From Lama guanicoe (taxonomy: Eukaryota), in the NCBI GenBank assembly GCA_013239625.1, contig MU054187.1:21827280-21891279 (forward strand): a stretch of 64,000 nt of DNA. Reading direction: 5' to 3'. Position 1 is the first letter of the stretch. The number at the start of each line of letters is the position of its first letter. Made by a program: the position numbers and the translations under genes. Shown piece by piece: positions 39,463 through 51,645 of the stretch. The notes below the pieces were generated by a model. That model was not told the DNA's origin. It searched no databases and was given only the letters and a program-made list of their open reading frames with translations.

Positions 39463-39725
39463 AACCGGGATCTGAAAGGGACAGCTTATATATGGCAAGC
39501 GGGGCGGGGTTAGCTGGATTTCCCGGGCTCCCTATGGATTGGCTGATTTTAATAATTTTGGCAGGCCCTGGGGCATGGGGTTGCCCCTAGCTGTCCGGTG
39601 GCTGGCCTGGTAGAGATTAGGATAAGTGAATGGTGGCCTCACGATGTACAAGCCTGATAAGGAAAGAGGTTGAGGTGTGGACGTAATCAGTCATTCAGGA
39701 ACAGTTCCCCTCTTGATTATCCTCT
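39463..39725 (-). promoter_or_regulatory. CA1: Distal erythroid-type CA1 promoter
   Basis: Globin-like array on the minus strand: TATATAA 39492-39486, KLF/Sp box AACCCCGCCCC 39511-39501, CCAAT 39542-39538. GATA-type sites at 39614-39625, 39655-39660 (TGATAA) and 39717-39722. Confidence 0.8.
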
Positions 39726-39806
39726 AGCCAGGTCCTCAGAACTGAGTCAAGACAGCCCCCAAAATTAAAAAAAACAAACCCTACTTCTATATCTATATAT
39801 ATCTCA

Positions 39807-42331
39807 GTTGACTCCTTAATGTCTGACATCAGTTTTGAGCTCCATTACTGGGGGTATTTGAATGGTCAGAATGGCAGAGAATTTGAGAGAGGAAGAGTTG
39901 CCCTCAACAGCATAGAAAACATTTTATTATGACAGTAAAAAGGAGGATACTAAGCAGAAGCATGAAAAATCATGATGATGATTTCGTGTGGAGCAGGCTT
40001 TGTGAGAGTGGCCACTTGATTGGTGGTGTCACCCCCGCGCACGACATGAAGTAGTATTAATGATACTACAAGCATCTCTTTGACGAGCTAAGACAAATCT
40101 ACTGTCAAAAACCATTTCTGCCAGCGTTCCTCGGCCTTGATTAAGCAGACCCAATATTTGTTGCACTTTAGAAATATGAGATTCTAGAGTTTGGGACATG
40201 GGTAGGTTAGTGTCGATGATTTTTGACTGTTAGGCCTAAACTTGTGGCCATGTCAGCAAGTCCCAGCAGAGTGGTGAGTCCCCATATTACAGGTAGGAGC
40301 CTGCACCTTGGTGATGTTTGGCCAGGGTCGGGAAAAATGATCAAAGTCTGCATAAATGGAAAGATCACCCATGTAGTTTGTGGCTGGGAGGTACTGGAGG
40401 GGCAGAGTAGAGGAACGGAGCCCCCTCATTTGTTGGGCTACAGTGTAGTCCTGGGTGTCATCTTTAGACTGAAAACCTGTCCCTTGCTTTAGGTAAGTGG
40501 GAATTACAAAGAATGGGGCTGTAGGCAGACCGCAATTTTTGTTGAGCGTATGGGAAGGGTGAGGAGTTCATACTTCTCAGATGTGGTGTGTACTGAGGAA
40601 ACATGAGAGCAGTTGCCACTTGCCATGAGGGGGCACCCCAGATACAGAGGAGACGACAGTTTGCAACAGGTTTTAATTTCCCAGTGTTTTCCTTCTCTGG
40701 GCTGGATATCCACTGGATAAATGTGTGGTATGGTATATGTGGAAGAAGACGGACGGCAAATCCAAGGGTTGTGGATAGTCCATGCGAGAGAGGATACCTC
40801 CGTCAGATGGACATACCTGTTAGATGTCTGTGTAAATCTTCGAGAGTCTGGGGCTTCGGATTTGCATTTTACTCACCTCGTAGTCTCTCAGAGGGCAAGA
40901 GGGATAGACATTATTAGGATACGAGAGACTAAGATGAGGGTGTGGGTGCTGAAAATTGAGGAGGGAGAGGGGAAGAGGATGAAGGGGAAAGAGTGGTTTG
41001 AATATTGAAAGGCCAGCAGAATTCTCCTGTTACAGCTAGCAGAGCACACAGTGTGGTTACCTCGGTAAGGCTGCCCTTTAGTCAGGAGAGGTGGATGGTA
41101 TTAGCAGCAACTTGAATCTTGGAAGCATTGTGGAAACATTGGACTTGGTCCCATAGGAGCGTAACATGGTGTAGGCTGAATTACAATCATAGGGAAGATC
41201 TTATTGTTTTGCAGGTATTAAAAAGGAGAGTTGGGTCATGCAACAAGCAAACTACAATGTCTGGGAAGCCACTCCAGTCTGGTGGGTCCCACTTTTTAAA
41301 GCAGGACTCAACAGTAATTAATTACTGAAAAACCAAGAGTCTAGGTCTTCTGTGGGTGGTGAGGCTTTCCCAGCTCTGGTGTGGTTGGAATTCCTGGTAG
41401 CTGGTTGGGAGGCAGAGGTGAAATCATCTCTAGCAACCAGCTGTTGGACAGAAGCCCTGTGATATGGTGCTACCCTTCCCATGTAGATAACCACTCAGAC
41501 TGATGTTGGTTGTATCTTTTGTTTGACAATTAAAATGTCCATGGCCAAGGTTGGAGCTCCAGTGTTTAGCTTCAGACAAGCCCTCCAATGTAGCCAATTC
41601 CTATGGGGATTTTTCAGTCTCAGTTCTTTCTTTCTTTTTTTTCTTAAAGAACCCAATGCTATAAAGCAATCTGAAACTAAAGAAATCCTGTTTCCAGGTG
41701 GGTGCTCATTATCATCTTTGGAAACTCACCTTTGTGTTGTATTGTCACAGGAATCTGCTATTTCTTTGTTGGTTGGTGATGGACAAGCCACTGAGATTTG
41801 GGGAGGGTACAACATTTGCATTAGCAAAATTCATGACATTTGGACCTCAGAATTTGCTATGTTGGTTTGAAATAATGGCTTATTTAAAGAGTTGGGGTTT
41901 CCAGATTGCAAACCAATGAAAGCACCTAGACCAAGACCAAGTATCAGCCCAAGATCCAACACAGTGGTGTGCAGCTACATCTTAAAGGCCTTTCGTTGCT
42001 TGGTATTTCTTTCTCTCTGGCGTGAATTTTTACAAAGGAGGAGGTTCTGGCTTTATCGTGGTGGGGTAGAGTGTTGGTTCTACCATAATTTTTAAAGGTG
42101 ATTTCCATTAATCAAATGGATTTGCTTATGTCTTGATAGTCCACGTCATCTGTGGAAATGGCCCTGGAGCAATAATTTCAATTTCCTTGAGGGACTGAGA
42201 CTGAGAGACTGGATGAACCATCCACCCATTATAGCTTGAATAGGATGAAAGACTGTTAGGTGGTAGAAATATAGGTTCAAATGAGTCTTTTAACAACTGG
42301 GTGCCCGCTGAGCCTTGAGGCTCACACTTAG
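39807..42331 (-). mobile_element. Decayed ERV internal region with env transmembrane-subunit remnant
   Basis: Minus-strand fragments in correct order: SPRCR/LLPVIWGLTTLLGLADMATSLGLTV (~40314-40225), MSQTLESHISKVQQILGLLNQGRGTLAEMVFDSRFVLARQRDACSIINTTSCR (40199-40041), FMLLLSILLFTVIIKCFLCC (39966-39907), separated by frameshifts and stops. Right boundary only inferred from the L1 that abuts it. Confidence 0.7.
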
Positions 42332-42960
42332 TGACTTGCTTATGTGGAGCCAGCCTTCCATCCCAAGAACAAATCCCACTTGATCATGGTGTATGATCCT
42401 TTTAATGTGCTGTTGAATAGGTTTTGCTAATATTTTGTTGAAAATTGTTGCATCCATTTTCATCAAGGATATTGGCTTGTAGCTTCTTTCCTTGTAGTGT
42501 CTTTATCAGGCTTTGGAATCAGGGTAATGCTTTAAAGTGGGTTTGGAGGTGTTGCCTCCTCTTCAGTTTTTTACAAGAGTTTGGGAATTGGCATTAACTC
42601 TTTGAATGCTTGGAGAATTTACCAGTGAAACCATCTTGTTCTCAGCTTTTCTTTGATGGGAGGTTTTAAATTACTGGTTCAATCTCCTTACTAGTAATTT
42701 ATCTGTTCAGATTTTGTTTTTTCATTATTCAGTCTTGGTAGTTTGTATGTTTCTTGGTAATTTGTATATTTCTAGGAATTTGCCCATTTCTTCTAGATTG
42801 ACCAATTTGTTGGCATATAATTGCTCACAGTAGTTTCTTATGATCTTTGGTATTTCTATGGTATTAGTCGTGCATATCAGTTAGTGTAATGTACCACATT
42901 AATAGAAGGAAAAATAAAAATCATTGTCACCATCTCAATAGATGCAGGAAAAATCATTTT
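42332..42960. mobile_element. L1 ORF2 fragment with an inversion (42332-42870 antisense, 42876-42960 sense)
   Basis: Both pieces match the L1 pre-RT/RT start region seen collinear at 59030-59350 and 61050-61230. Confidence 0.8.
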
Positions 42961-43319
42961 ATAGTGGTTTGTATTTTGCCTAAAATCAAAGGTAACATCA
43001 GATTTGAATGGGCTGGAGCCAGGTTTCAAGCCCAGTCCTTCTGATTTCACAAATACCACGCTCTTGCCCTCTGTTTCCTCTTTCCACAAACTGTAGAGAA
43101 GGAATTATTGAATTAGAGTGCTGGACCAGATGACCTACAAGATTTGGAATTGTGCTGGGGGGTAACATCACTAATATATTTTGACTTTGTTATAATGGAG
43201 GTTAACAGGCATAGGGGACAAACATATACAAATTTTAATCTGTAAATAACTGAAATGGAGTCATGTTAATTTCAAATTCTTTTCTTTTCAAAAATTACAT
43301 GCAGTTGTTTCCCTGTTTC

Positions 43320-44110
43320 CTCATTTCCTCAATCTCTATGCACTTGTTGTTCTGACTTTTTGTTTCTGGACAACCTAGTGGGTGTGAAGTGATATCTCAT
43401 TATGGTTTTGATTTTTATTTCCTTGATGATTAATATTGTTCATCTTTTTGTGTGTTTATTAGTCACTTGTGTATATTCTTTACTGAAGTATCTATTCAGA
43501 TCATTTGCTCATTTTAGATCAATTGGCTTAGTTGTCTTTATCACTGAGTTGTAAGAGTTCTTAATATATTCTAGATATAAGCCCCTTGTCAGATATATAA
43601 TTTGTGAATATTTTCTCCCATTCTTTGGGCTGTCTTTTCTCTTTTTTAAGAATGCTTCTTGAAGGACAAAAGTTTTTAATTCTGATGAACTTCAATTTAC
43701 CAATTTTTTCTTTTGTTGCTCAGGCTTTTCATGTTGTATTTAAGAATCTTTTGTCAAATTCTGTGTCATGAAGATTTGATCCTATGTTTTCTTCTAAGAG
43801 TTGTGTAGGCTTTGCTCTTACATTTAGGTCTTTGCCTAGTTTGAGTTAATTTTTGTTGTGGTGTGAGATGATGGTACAACTTTACTCTTCTGCATGTGGT
43901 TATCCAGCTGTCCCAGCACCGCTTGTTGAAGACTATTCTTTCTCCATTTAATGGTCTCCACACCCTTGTTGAAAGTAAGTTGGCCATAGATATATGGGTT
44001 TACTTCTGGACTCTCATTTCTATTCCTTTGATACATATGTCTGTCCTTGTACCAGTGTCACACTGTCTTCACCACCATTGTTTGTAGCAGGTATTGAAAT
44101 CGTGAAGTGT
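43320..44110 (-). mobile_element. Old L1 ORF2 3' fragment
   Basis: ORFs 43766..43987 and 43836..44036 give L1 ORF2-like peptides (QRNRNESPEVNPYIYGQLTFNKG). Confidence 0.85.
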
Positions 44111-44787
44111 ACTGACCTCTTCTTGAAGCAAATATCTTCAAAATTCAATATTGTTATAGATTACTTTCCTTTAACTTTAAAATAATAACATCATATGCTC
44201 TTGACTAAAGTAAGAAATTGTCAATTAGGAAAAGTCTGCTGTAAGAAAATGTGTGTAGTGTGTAGTTTTCAAAAGAATGTCCATTGATTCAAACAATAAA
44301 AAATTAAGTAATTTAGCAGGATACAAAATTAATATAAAGTGATAACCTTCATGTACATGAAACATAGCCAGATAAGTGATAAAATGATACAATAAACTCT
44401 ATTTACATAGCAAGAGAAGATATAACACTTAGAAATAAACTCAACATGAAATTTGCAAAACCTGTGTAAGGAGAACACAAAGGCAGACTTAAAAAAATAA
44501 AAAGATACCCACGTTGCCATGTTTACTTTACCTCTTTGCAGTTTAAGGACTAGTAACCGACATTGGCTTCGTTTTTCAATTTTAGTGTGTTAATACAGAT
44601 GTTTGTAATAATAATCTTACTTTTGATTTTCAGTTCTGAGACAGATAAAGCACAGAACCTTGCAAGGAGTTTGTCACCTAAATCCTATAAGACATCACCT
44701 TGAATTTTTCTTACAGATACTCTCTTTGCTTTGCTTTCAGAAGACTTTCCCTTAGGGTAAGTGCTTCTGTAATAATTGAAAATTAAA

Positions 44788-44930
44788 GGGGGAGGGTATA
44801 GCTCAGTGATAAAGCATGAGCTTAGCATGTATGAGGTCCTGGGTTCAATCCCCAGTACCTCCATGAAAAAGTTAAAATAAATAAATCTAATTACTCTCGC
44901 CCAAATAAAATAAAATTAGAAAAAAAAAAA
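44788..44930 (+). mobile_element. Camelid tRNA-derived SINE (Vic-type)
   Basis: Full head and A tail; imperfect TSD GAAAATTAA / GAAACTTAA. Confidence 0.9.
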
Positions 44931-45967
44931 GAAACTTAATAGTTGGGCAACAGTTGGAGGGCAGAACAGAAGAGCTCATTAGCAAACCTTATCGCTTACT
45001 CCCACTTCATAGCATATTCAGTGTAGAATATTGCAACAGAAGACAAAACTTCTGTTTTGCTAACACCATATTTTTCTCTTAACAGAAATACATGTAAGAA
45101 AAGGAAAGACACAAAACCTCCCTGTGCTATTTGCTGCCTTGACATAAAGGAAGTTTGGGTGATAACAATGTTTTGAATTGTCCCTTTATATGTGGGGGTG
45201 AAGCATGGTGAAATCAGGAAGTGTGAGAGATAAAGTAAGAGATGGTATTTTATATATAAAGAGATGGTCAATTATGGAAGTGACAATGGGAAAGAATAAT
45301 TGGGGTTTCAACCACAGGTACATGCTCAGGCAAACGAACATTAGGAAAAGGCAGATGTGGAAGGTAAGAATCTGGAAACTGATTCCCGGAAAACTCTCTG
45401 TGTCCCTGCATTGTTTTCACGTACCCCTGAGGGCTGTGCGCTCCAGTGTGAAGACATGAATCCATGATACAACCTCATTAATGCTTCATGTAAGATAAAG
45501 GCAAACTTACAATAGGCAAGAGCGTTGGGTTGGAAATGTGGCCTCCTCCAGGCAATGGTCTGAGACCTTAGGCAAGTGACTCTACCTTCTCAGGCCATGA
45601 CAGTTCATCTCTAAGAAAGCTGGCAGACGAATACTTAATGGCCCTTCCAGGTACGTATGTTTGCATGGACAAGCTGAGTTCATTTAAAGAGGCTTAAACA
45701 GGGTCAACTCTATTGAACAGAGACATTGCCGGCCCACGGGGTGAAAATGAACTGACATACAAATGCTGAAATGTGCATCAGAGTGATCATCTCGAGATGA
45801 GTCAGACAGAGACAAAAACTACTGGACAGTCACATGTAAGTAAGTAAAATAAGAATTCGCCCACGATCACATCCCTCCTAAACTGCTATGTTTCATTGAT
45901 ACCCGTGTGTCCACTGTCCCAGCTCTGAGCCTAGACACTGTTTTCCTTCATATTCCCCAATGCTTTT

Positions 45968-46160
45968 TTTTCAACATTAGTCACCATACACAGTCACAAA
46001 AGAAAATATTTTTCTCCATGTGATGAGATCCTTCAAGATCCACTCTCCCAGCTGCATGCATTGCAGCATTATTGACTATAGTCACCAGGCCCCACGTTAC
46101 ACCCCACGACTTATTTATTTTATAACTGGAAGTTTGTACCCTTTGACCCCCCTTCACCCG
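45968..46160 (-). mobile_element. L1 3'-end fragment
   Basis: Motif gacttatttattttataactggaagtttgtaccctttgacc; TSD AATGCTTTT at 45959-45967 and 46161-46169. Confidence 0.65.
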
Positions 46161-46767
46161 AATGCTTTTGATGACGGTGCGTATCTAAAAGCCTCTTGAG
46201 GGTGATGTTGAACGGACAGCTCTGCTCTCACCTGGCAGATCTGTCATCCCTCTGACTTACCCGTCCTCCTCTTGGTCCCCTTCATTCTTTGTAGATCTGT
46301 TGAGGTTTGCAGTTTTATCTTTTCACCCTTTGGGTAGCTGTTTAACTATTATAGGCTTAACCAAAGTCAGTTAATTTTGGCTTCCGTTTCCAAAATACAC
46401 GTCACCCACTGGGTATTTCAGTGACAGGTTACTGAAGGTGAAACCTACTGGTTCAAAGGTTTTAGTCTGTTTGCTCCTCTTAAAGAAACAATGGTTTCCA
46501 TCACCCGACCTTACCCCTCACCACTGATTTCAAAATACCAATGTGGATTCTAAAAGCGAGGCATGTATGAAAACCTTGTTACCTGAAATGTGCTGAGGTC
46601 AGAAACTAGCCCTTCCCTTTATAACGTCTATTCAAGGAATTAGAGAAATAAAGGTTTTTTATAAGAAGCCAAGCACCTCTTGGGCCCCTTCCTTCCTTCC
46701 TCTCTCCCTTCCTTCCTTTCTTCCTTTCTAAGCATGTTTCTGAGAGTAAAACTCTACTAATTAGACT

Positions 46768-46919
46768 ATTTTTTTTTTGGTGGTGAGAAGTAATTAAGTT
46801 TATTATTTTTTTGTTTGTTTTATTTATTATTTATTTATTTAAATGGAGGTACTGGGGATTGAACCCAGGACCACATGCATGTTAAGCACACACTCTACCG
46901 CTGAGCTATACCCTCCCCT
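46768..46919 (-). mobile_element. Camelid tRNA-derived SINE (Vic-type)
   Basis: Antisense copy; perfect 16-bp TSD CTCTACTAATTAGACT at 46752-46767 and 46920-46935. Confidence 0.92.
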
Positions 46920-48588
46920 CTCTACTAATTAGACTTTTGACACTTGGGTGTGATCATATTTTCCAAGTGTTTTCAAAAATAACACACCCTAATCCCATTA
47001 AAATATATATGTTTGTGGATCAGAAGTCTTTTCTGTCCTTAAATTCAGAGCCTCTTATACCCCAATGTTTGCTCAGTTTTCCTAAAGTATCATCTCCTTA
47101 TTCACTCGTCTCTTAAGAATTTATAGCTTTTCCTTTGCTCTCTATTAAATTCAGTCTGAATGTCTCAGCCTCATTAATTTGGGACTGATTACTTCAAACG
47201 ACCTTAAACATAAAACAATACAGCTCTGGCACTTACGGGACACACTCTGACATTTTAGAAATGGGAAAACTGAAATCTGGGGTTGAATATACGTGTTAAG
47301 CCTGTTTCTCCGGACTCACTCCCAATACCTGTGAAGAAATTCGGACATTTCTTATTGATGCATATCTAGAAAACAGCTTGGAAACAGAAAGACCAAGAAG
47401 GTGGGGGAACCCAGCTCTCAGTATGGCAGGGATGGTGATGTTGAAGGTCCAGGTGTCTGTGGGGGATAGACATGATTCTTGGAGCAGGGTTTCAGCCCAC
47501 TGGACGAGGGGAAGAAAATCACTCCTTTCTGCTTTTTTCTCTTGGGAATAAGTGTGCTAAACTCTTCATGGCTTATCTCTTTTAATCCTCACAACAAGCT
47601 TTTAAGACTCCCCACAAGGAGTAGATACTCTCATAGCCCTATTCTGTGTATAGTAAAAATGAGCTTAAGCAACTTGCCATGGGCAAATAAGTGGTAGACT
47701 TGAATTCAAAGCAAGGCTGTCTGACTTGAGAGACTTGAGAGGAAATCTTTTAATGAATACTCCGTATAGCTAGAGAAGGCTGCAAAGGACCTGGCCCACC
47801 TGGGCAGGACATGGGTTGTGTTAGAAAATACCTAAGACTTTAGAAAATGGATAGTATTTGGAGGCCCTTTTCCCTTTCACTGCTAAAAAGGCCAAAAAAA
47901 AAAAAAAAAGATTCCCATACCTGGAAAGGACCTTAGAAATTAACTAGGAAACTGAGGTCCACAGGGGTTTAATGATTAGCCAAAGGCACCAAGCCAGTTG
48001 GTTGAAGAGCTAGTAATACTGGAATTCCAATTTTTGGGACCTTTTCCCACTACTTTCCATTACTTCAGTGCAGTATATTTTAGGTGTCAAATGGCACAGG
48101 AAAAAAGAGTGAAGGAAGAAGTTTTCAGAAAGGGAGCAAGATTAGGGCTGGGTTATTAGGAAAGGAAAGTGAGCCGTGAACATGGCCTTGAAGATGGTCT
48201 CATGTACATTTTGAAAAGAGGGGAAATCGAGGCGATTTCAAGCAAGAGCATGTTCCTTTCTCTCACTACTCTGTCCAACAGACTTATAATATGGTCATTA
48301 ATATCTTCTATCAAATTCCATTGCCATAACCTTGTTTAGTTTTCATCACTACTTGGAAAGTTCTTATTCCTTTTCTTCAATTCAAACCTACCCCTTAAGA
48401 TCTGCCTCAGTTCTCCCCACAGTGAAACCCTGCTCGGGCCAATTTTACCCCTAAGTTGTTCTTTTCCTCATCTGTAGTTCCTTCAATTCTCATGGCCAAA
48501 ATTGACAAGTATCACCTTGGGCATCAAGGCTTGCCTTCTAGGAGCTCCACAAGTGTGTCATGTATGAGACTTGAGGGCAAGAATTCTC

Positions 48589-48675
48589 AATTTTTTTTAA
48601 TGGAAGTCCCGGGGATTGAACCCAGGACCTTGTGCATGCCAAGCACGCACTCTGCCCCTGAGCTATACCCACCCC
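48589..48675 (-). mobile_element. Camelid tRNA-derived SINE, short form
   Basis: Antisense head; TSD CAAGAATTCTC (48578-48588) / CAAGAGTTCTC (48676-48686). Confidence 0.88.
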
Positions 48676-48965
48676 CAAGAGTTCTCTCTTTTGTTTCTTA
48701 GGAAGTTTGTATTTATATTTTCACAAACTATTTAATGAGTGGCTCCTAGAAGTCAAGCACTTGACTAGATGCTGGTACACAAAGATGAATCAGGCCCTGA
48801 CTTGGCCCACGGTGAGAAGGGAAAGCAATGGAGAGGACAAGAATGCAAATTCTTGTTATTTAATTATAAAAATGTTTATTGTGGAGGTTTGTTCTAGATC
48901 CAGCAAAGTGCACAGATGAGGAAGTAGTCAACCTTATTGTTTTTCTTTATGTGATTTCTTATACT

Positions 48966-49715
48966 TCTTTTTTTTTAACATTTTTAAATTGAATTATAGT
49001 CATTTTACAATGTTGTGTCAAATTCCAGTGTAGAGCACAATTTTTCACTTATACATGAACATACATATATTCATTGTCACATTTTTTTTCTCTGTGAGCT
49101 ACCACAAAAGCTTGTACACACTTCCCTTTGCTATACAGTGTAATCTTGTTTATCTATTCTGCGTATGTCTGTCAATATGTACAAATTTTGAAATCCCTGT
49201 CTGTCCCTTCCCACCCCCTGTCCCCCTGGCAACCACAAGTTTGTATTCTATGTCTATGAGTCTGTTTCTGTTTTGTATTTATGTTCTTTTTTTTTTTTTT
49301 AAGATTCCACATATGAGCAATCTCATATGGTATTTTTCTTCCTCTTTCTGGCTTACTTCACTTAGAATGACATTCTCCAGGAGCATCCATGTTGCTGCAT
49401 GTGATGTTATATTGTCATTTTTATGGCTGAATAGTATTCCATTGTATAAACATACCACATCTTCTTTATCCAGTCACCTGTTGATGGACATTTAGGCTGT
49501 TTCCATGTCTTGACTATTGTAAATAGTGCTGCTATGAACATTGGGGTGCAGGTGTCATTTGGAAGGAGGGTTCCTTCCGGATATATGCCCAGGAGCGGGA
49601 CTCCTGGGTCATATGGTAAGTCTATTCCTAGTCTTTTGAGGAATCTCTATACTGTTTTGGTGCAGTGGCTGCACCAACCTGCATTCCCACCAGCAGTGTA
49701 GGAGGGTTGCCTTTT
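48966..49715 (-). mobile_element. Young L1 3' fragment, same family as 20117-21464
   Basis: Close sequence match to 20117-20850 throughout; T tail at left. Confidence 0.92.
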
Positions 49716-51606
49716 ATAACTCTATTTTTTTTCTTGTAACTCTACCCTTCAAGATATGTTGGGGCACAATAAATAAAATAAGTTAGACGCAAACAACTTA
49801 TACTGTGAGTATAACTCTATGTGTGGCCCCATAACAATTCAGTGAAGTATATAAAATTAGAAGAAATTCTGAATATCCTTCATAAAATTACCAAATTTGT
49901 ACTTGGAGTCCTGCCAAGACTAACAACATCTATTTTTATTTTTTTCCCCATTTCTCTAGTTTTCAGTACTCTTGAAGCTCTCTGGGACTGACAAACTCCC
50001 AATCAATCTTTCAAGGTCACTTGGTTTGAAGATAGAGTCCGTAATTGGAAGGGGCCAGGAATAAATGCCAGAGTGAACTCTCATTCTTTCTGGACAATGT
50101 AGATATATTTGCTTTTCCTAGGAAAACTGGAAACAGAAAGGCTTTCCCCCTCCATTTACACTAAGGGAGTGGGAAGAGAGTAGTGAATTCATCCAGGCAC
50201 ATTTGGGATCAAAGTCAGGACCAGGGGCAAAGTTTGGGGCCCAACAGTAACTGTTTAATAAACTCTTGTTCAGTGAAGGCCCTTTAGGCATGTGCCCCCT
50301 TGAATCTTCTCCTGGGTTATAATTTTTTTAAAGGCTACCCATTCCACTTAACTCTCTGGCTTAGGAGTGCCAGTGCTCAGAGGTTTAAGCTCTGTTCTAG
50401 CGTAGCTAGCGGAGCATGCTCAAAGGTACTGGCACAGGGACCTGCTTTGTACTCTAGGAAGCCGCCTGCACAGGGTGTCAGAAGTTTGAGAAATCGGATT
50501 TGTGCAAGTGAAAAGGACACTGCCAGCCCTGGAGATGTTTCAGAACCACCACAGTTGCCTGCCAATGGCTGTATAAGGCATTGTGAGGGTAAGAGGGGAC
50601 AGAGAAGGATCATCTAACATGGCCTATGGAAAAACGGCTCTTTTCTCTACCCTGGCGTAACAGAGGCTCATGGAGAAGGAAAAAGTCACTTCAGATTCCT
50701 CTCCTATCAGTTATTAAAGGAGCTATCAGAATGGATGCAATGCATAAAACATCATATTTATGGATAAATTATAATGAAGTATTCTGGTGAGATTGTACCG
50801 AGTTAAAATACCCTGCAACCCATCAGTGGGGCCAGGGTGGGCTGGACTAATGTGTCGACCTTGCAGGTCAACGCCACAGCACCAGAGCAAGGTCCGAGCA
50901 GCCCTCCTCAAGCCTTGAGGAGAAAGAACAAGGGGAGAAGAGTCTGCAAAGGGATGTGTATGAGCCAGAAGGGCCAAACCAGTGGGTGAGGCCAAAGGTT
51001 AAGGGTGGGATCGAAATTGGGAAATAAGTCAAAATGAGCCACTGGAAGCAACTGAATAGAGCCATAACAAGGCTGACAAGTATTCACTGGATTTTGCAAT
51101 TGGTGGATAACTGCTCACCCTAGAGAACGCAGGTGCAGAAGAGTAAGGGTGCAAAGGTCAGTGGGTAGAAGATTAAATGGCAAGGGAGCATGACAGGGTA
51201 GACCTGCTGCTTCTAGGGGAGAGGCCATAAGGGAGGAGGGAGTTCAGGCACGATAACTGGAGGCTTTCCATTTTGCTTGTTTTCAGATGTGAGTGAATTA
51301 AGCTTTTTACCTGCTGAGAAAAAAAAATAGAATAGGAAATTATTGAAGACATAAAGGAAACAGAAAAACATGTGGGTTAGATTGAGGTTCAGAGCTCAGC
51401 TAAAAGGATTATGTTTAGTTGGAGGAGAGAAAATTCTTTTGGTGAGAGAAAGAGAGAGAGCGAGACAAAGGGAAAGAAGATATGGATGGAAAAGGGCCAG
51501 GTAATTTTGCAGCTAGGAAGTGTTGAAGAGGTTCAAGCCAGAATGCTTCATTTCCTCTGAAAACGGGTCTCGGGCAAGATATGGAGATTGCAAGATTGTT
51601 GTGAAG

Positions 51607-51609
<3 letters not shown>

Positions 51610-51643
<34 letters not shown>
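51610..51643 (+). repeat. Poly(A) run
   Basis: About 34 consecutive A. Confidence 0.95.

Positions 51644-51645
<2 letters not shown>

Larger units (their letters stand above)
39320..39806 (-). mobile_element. Ancient ERV LTR (ERVL class, probably MER74-like) hosting the CA1 distal promoter
   Basis: Begins TG at 39806 directly after a decayed PPT-like AAGGAGTCAAC, contains CCAAT/TATA, and ends with a U5-like tract (GT-rich gtgtgttgtgtcc) and CA near 39320. Family name from recall of the human CA1 LTR promoter. Confidence 0.65.

Noticed and set aside
41500..42300. Possible pol (RNase H/integrase) motifs in the ERV body
   Set aside because: Only vague resemblance by eye; a profile search is needed before naming domains.
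49055..49495. 146-aa hydrophobic ORF
   Set aside because: Antisense reading of an L1 3' end.
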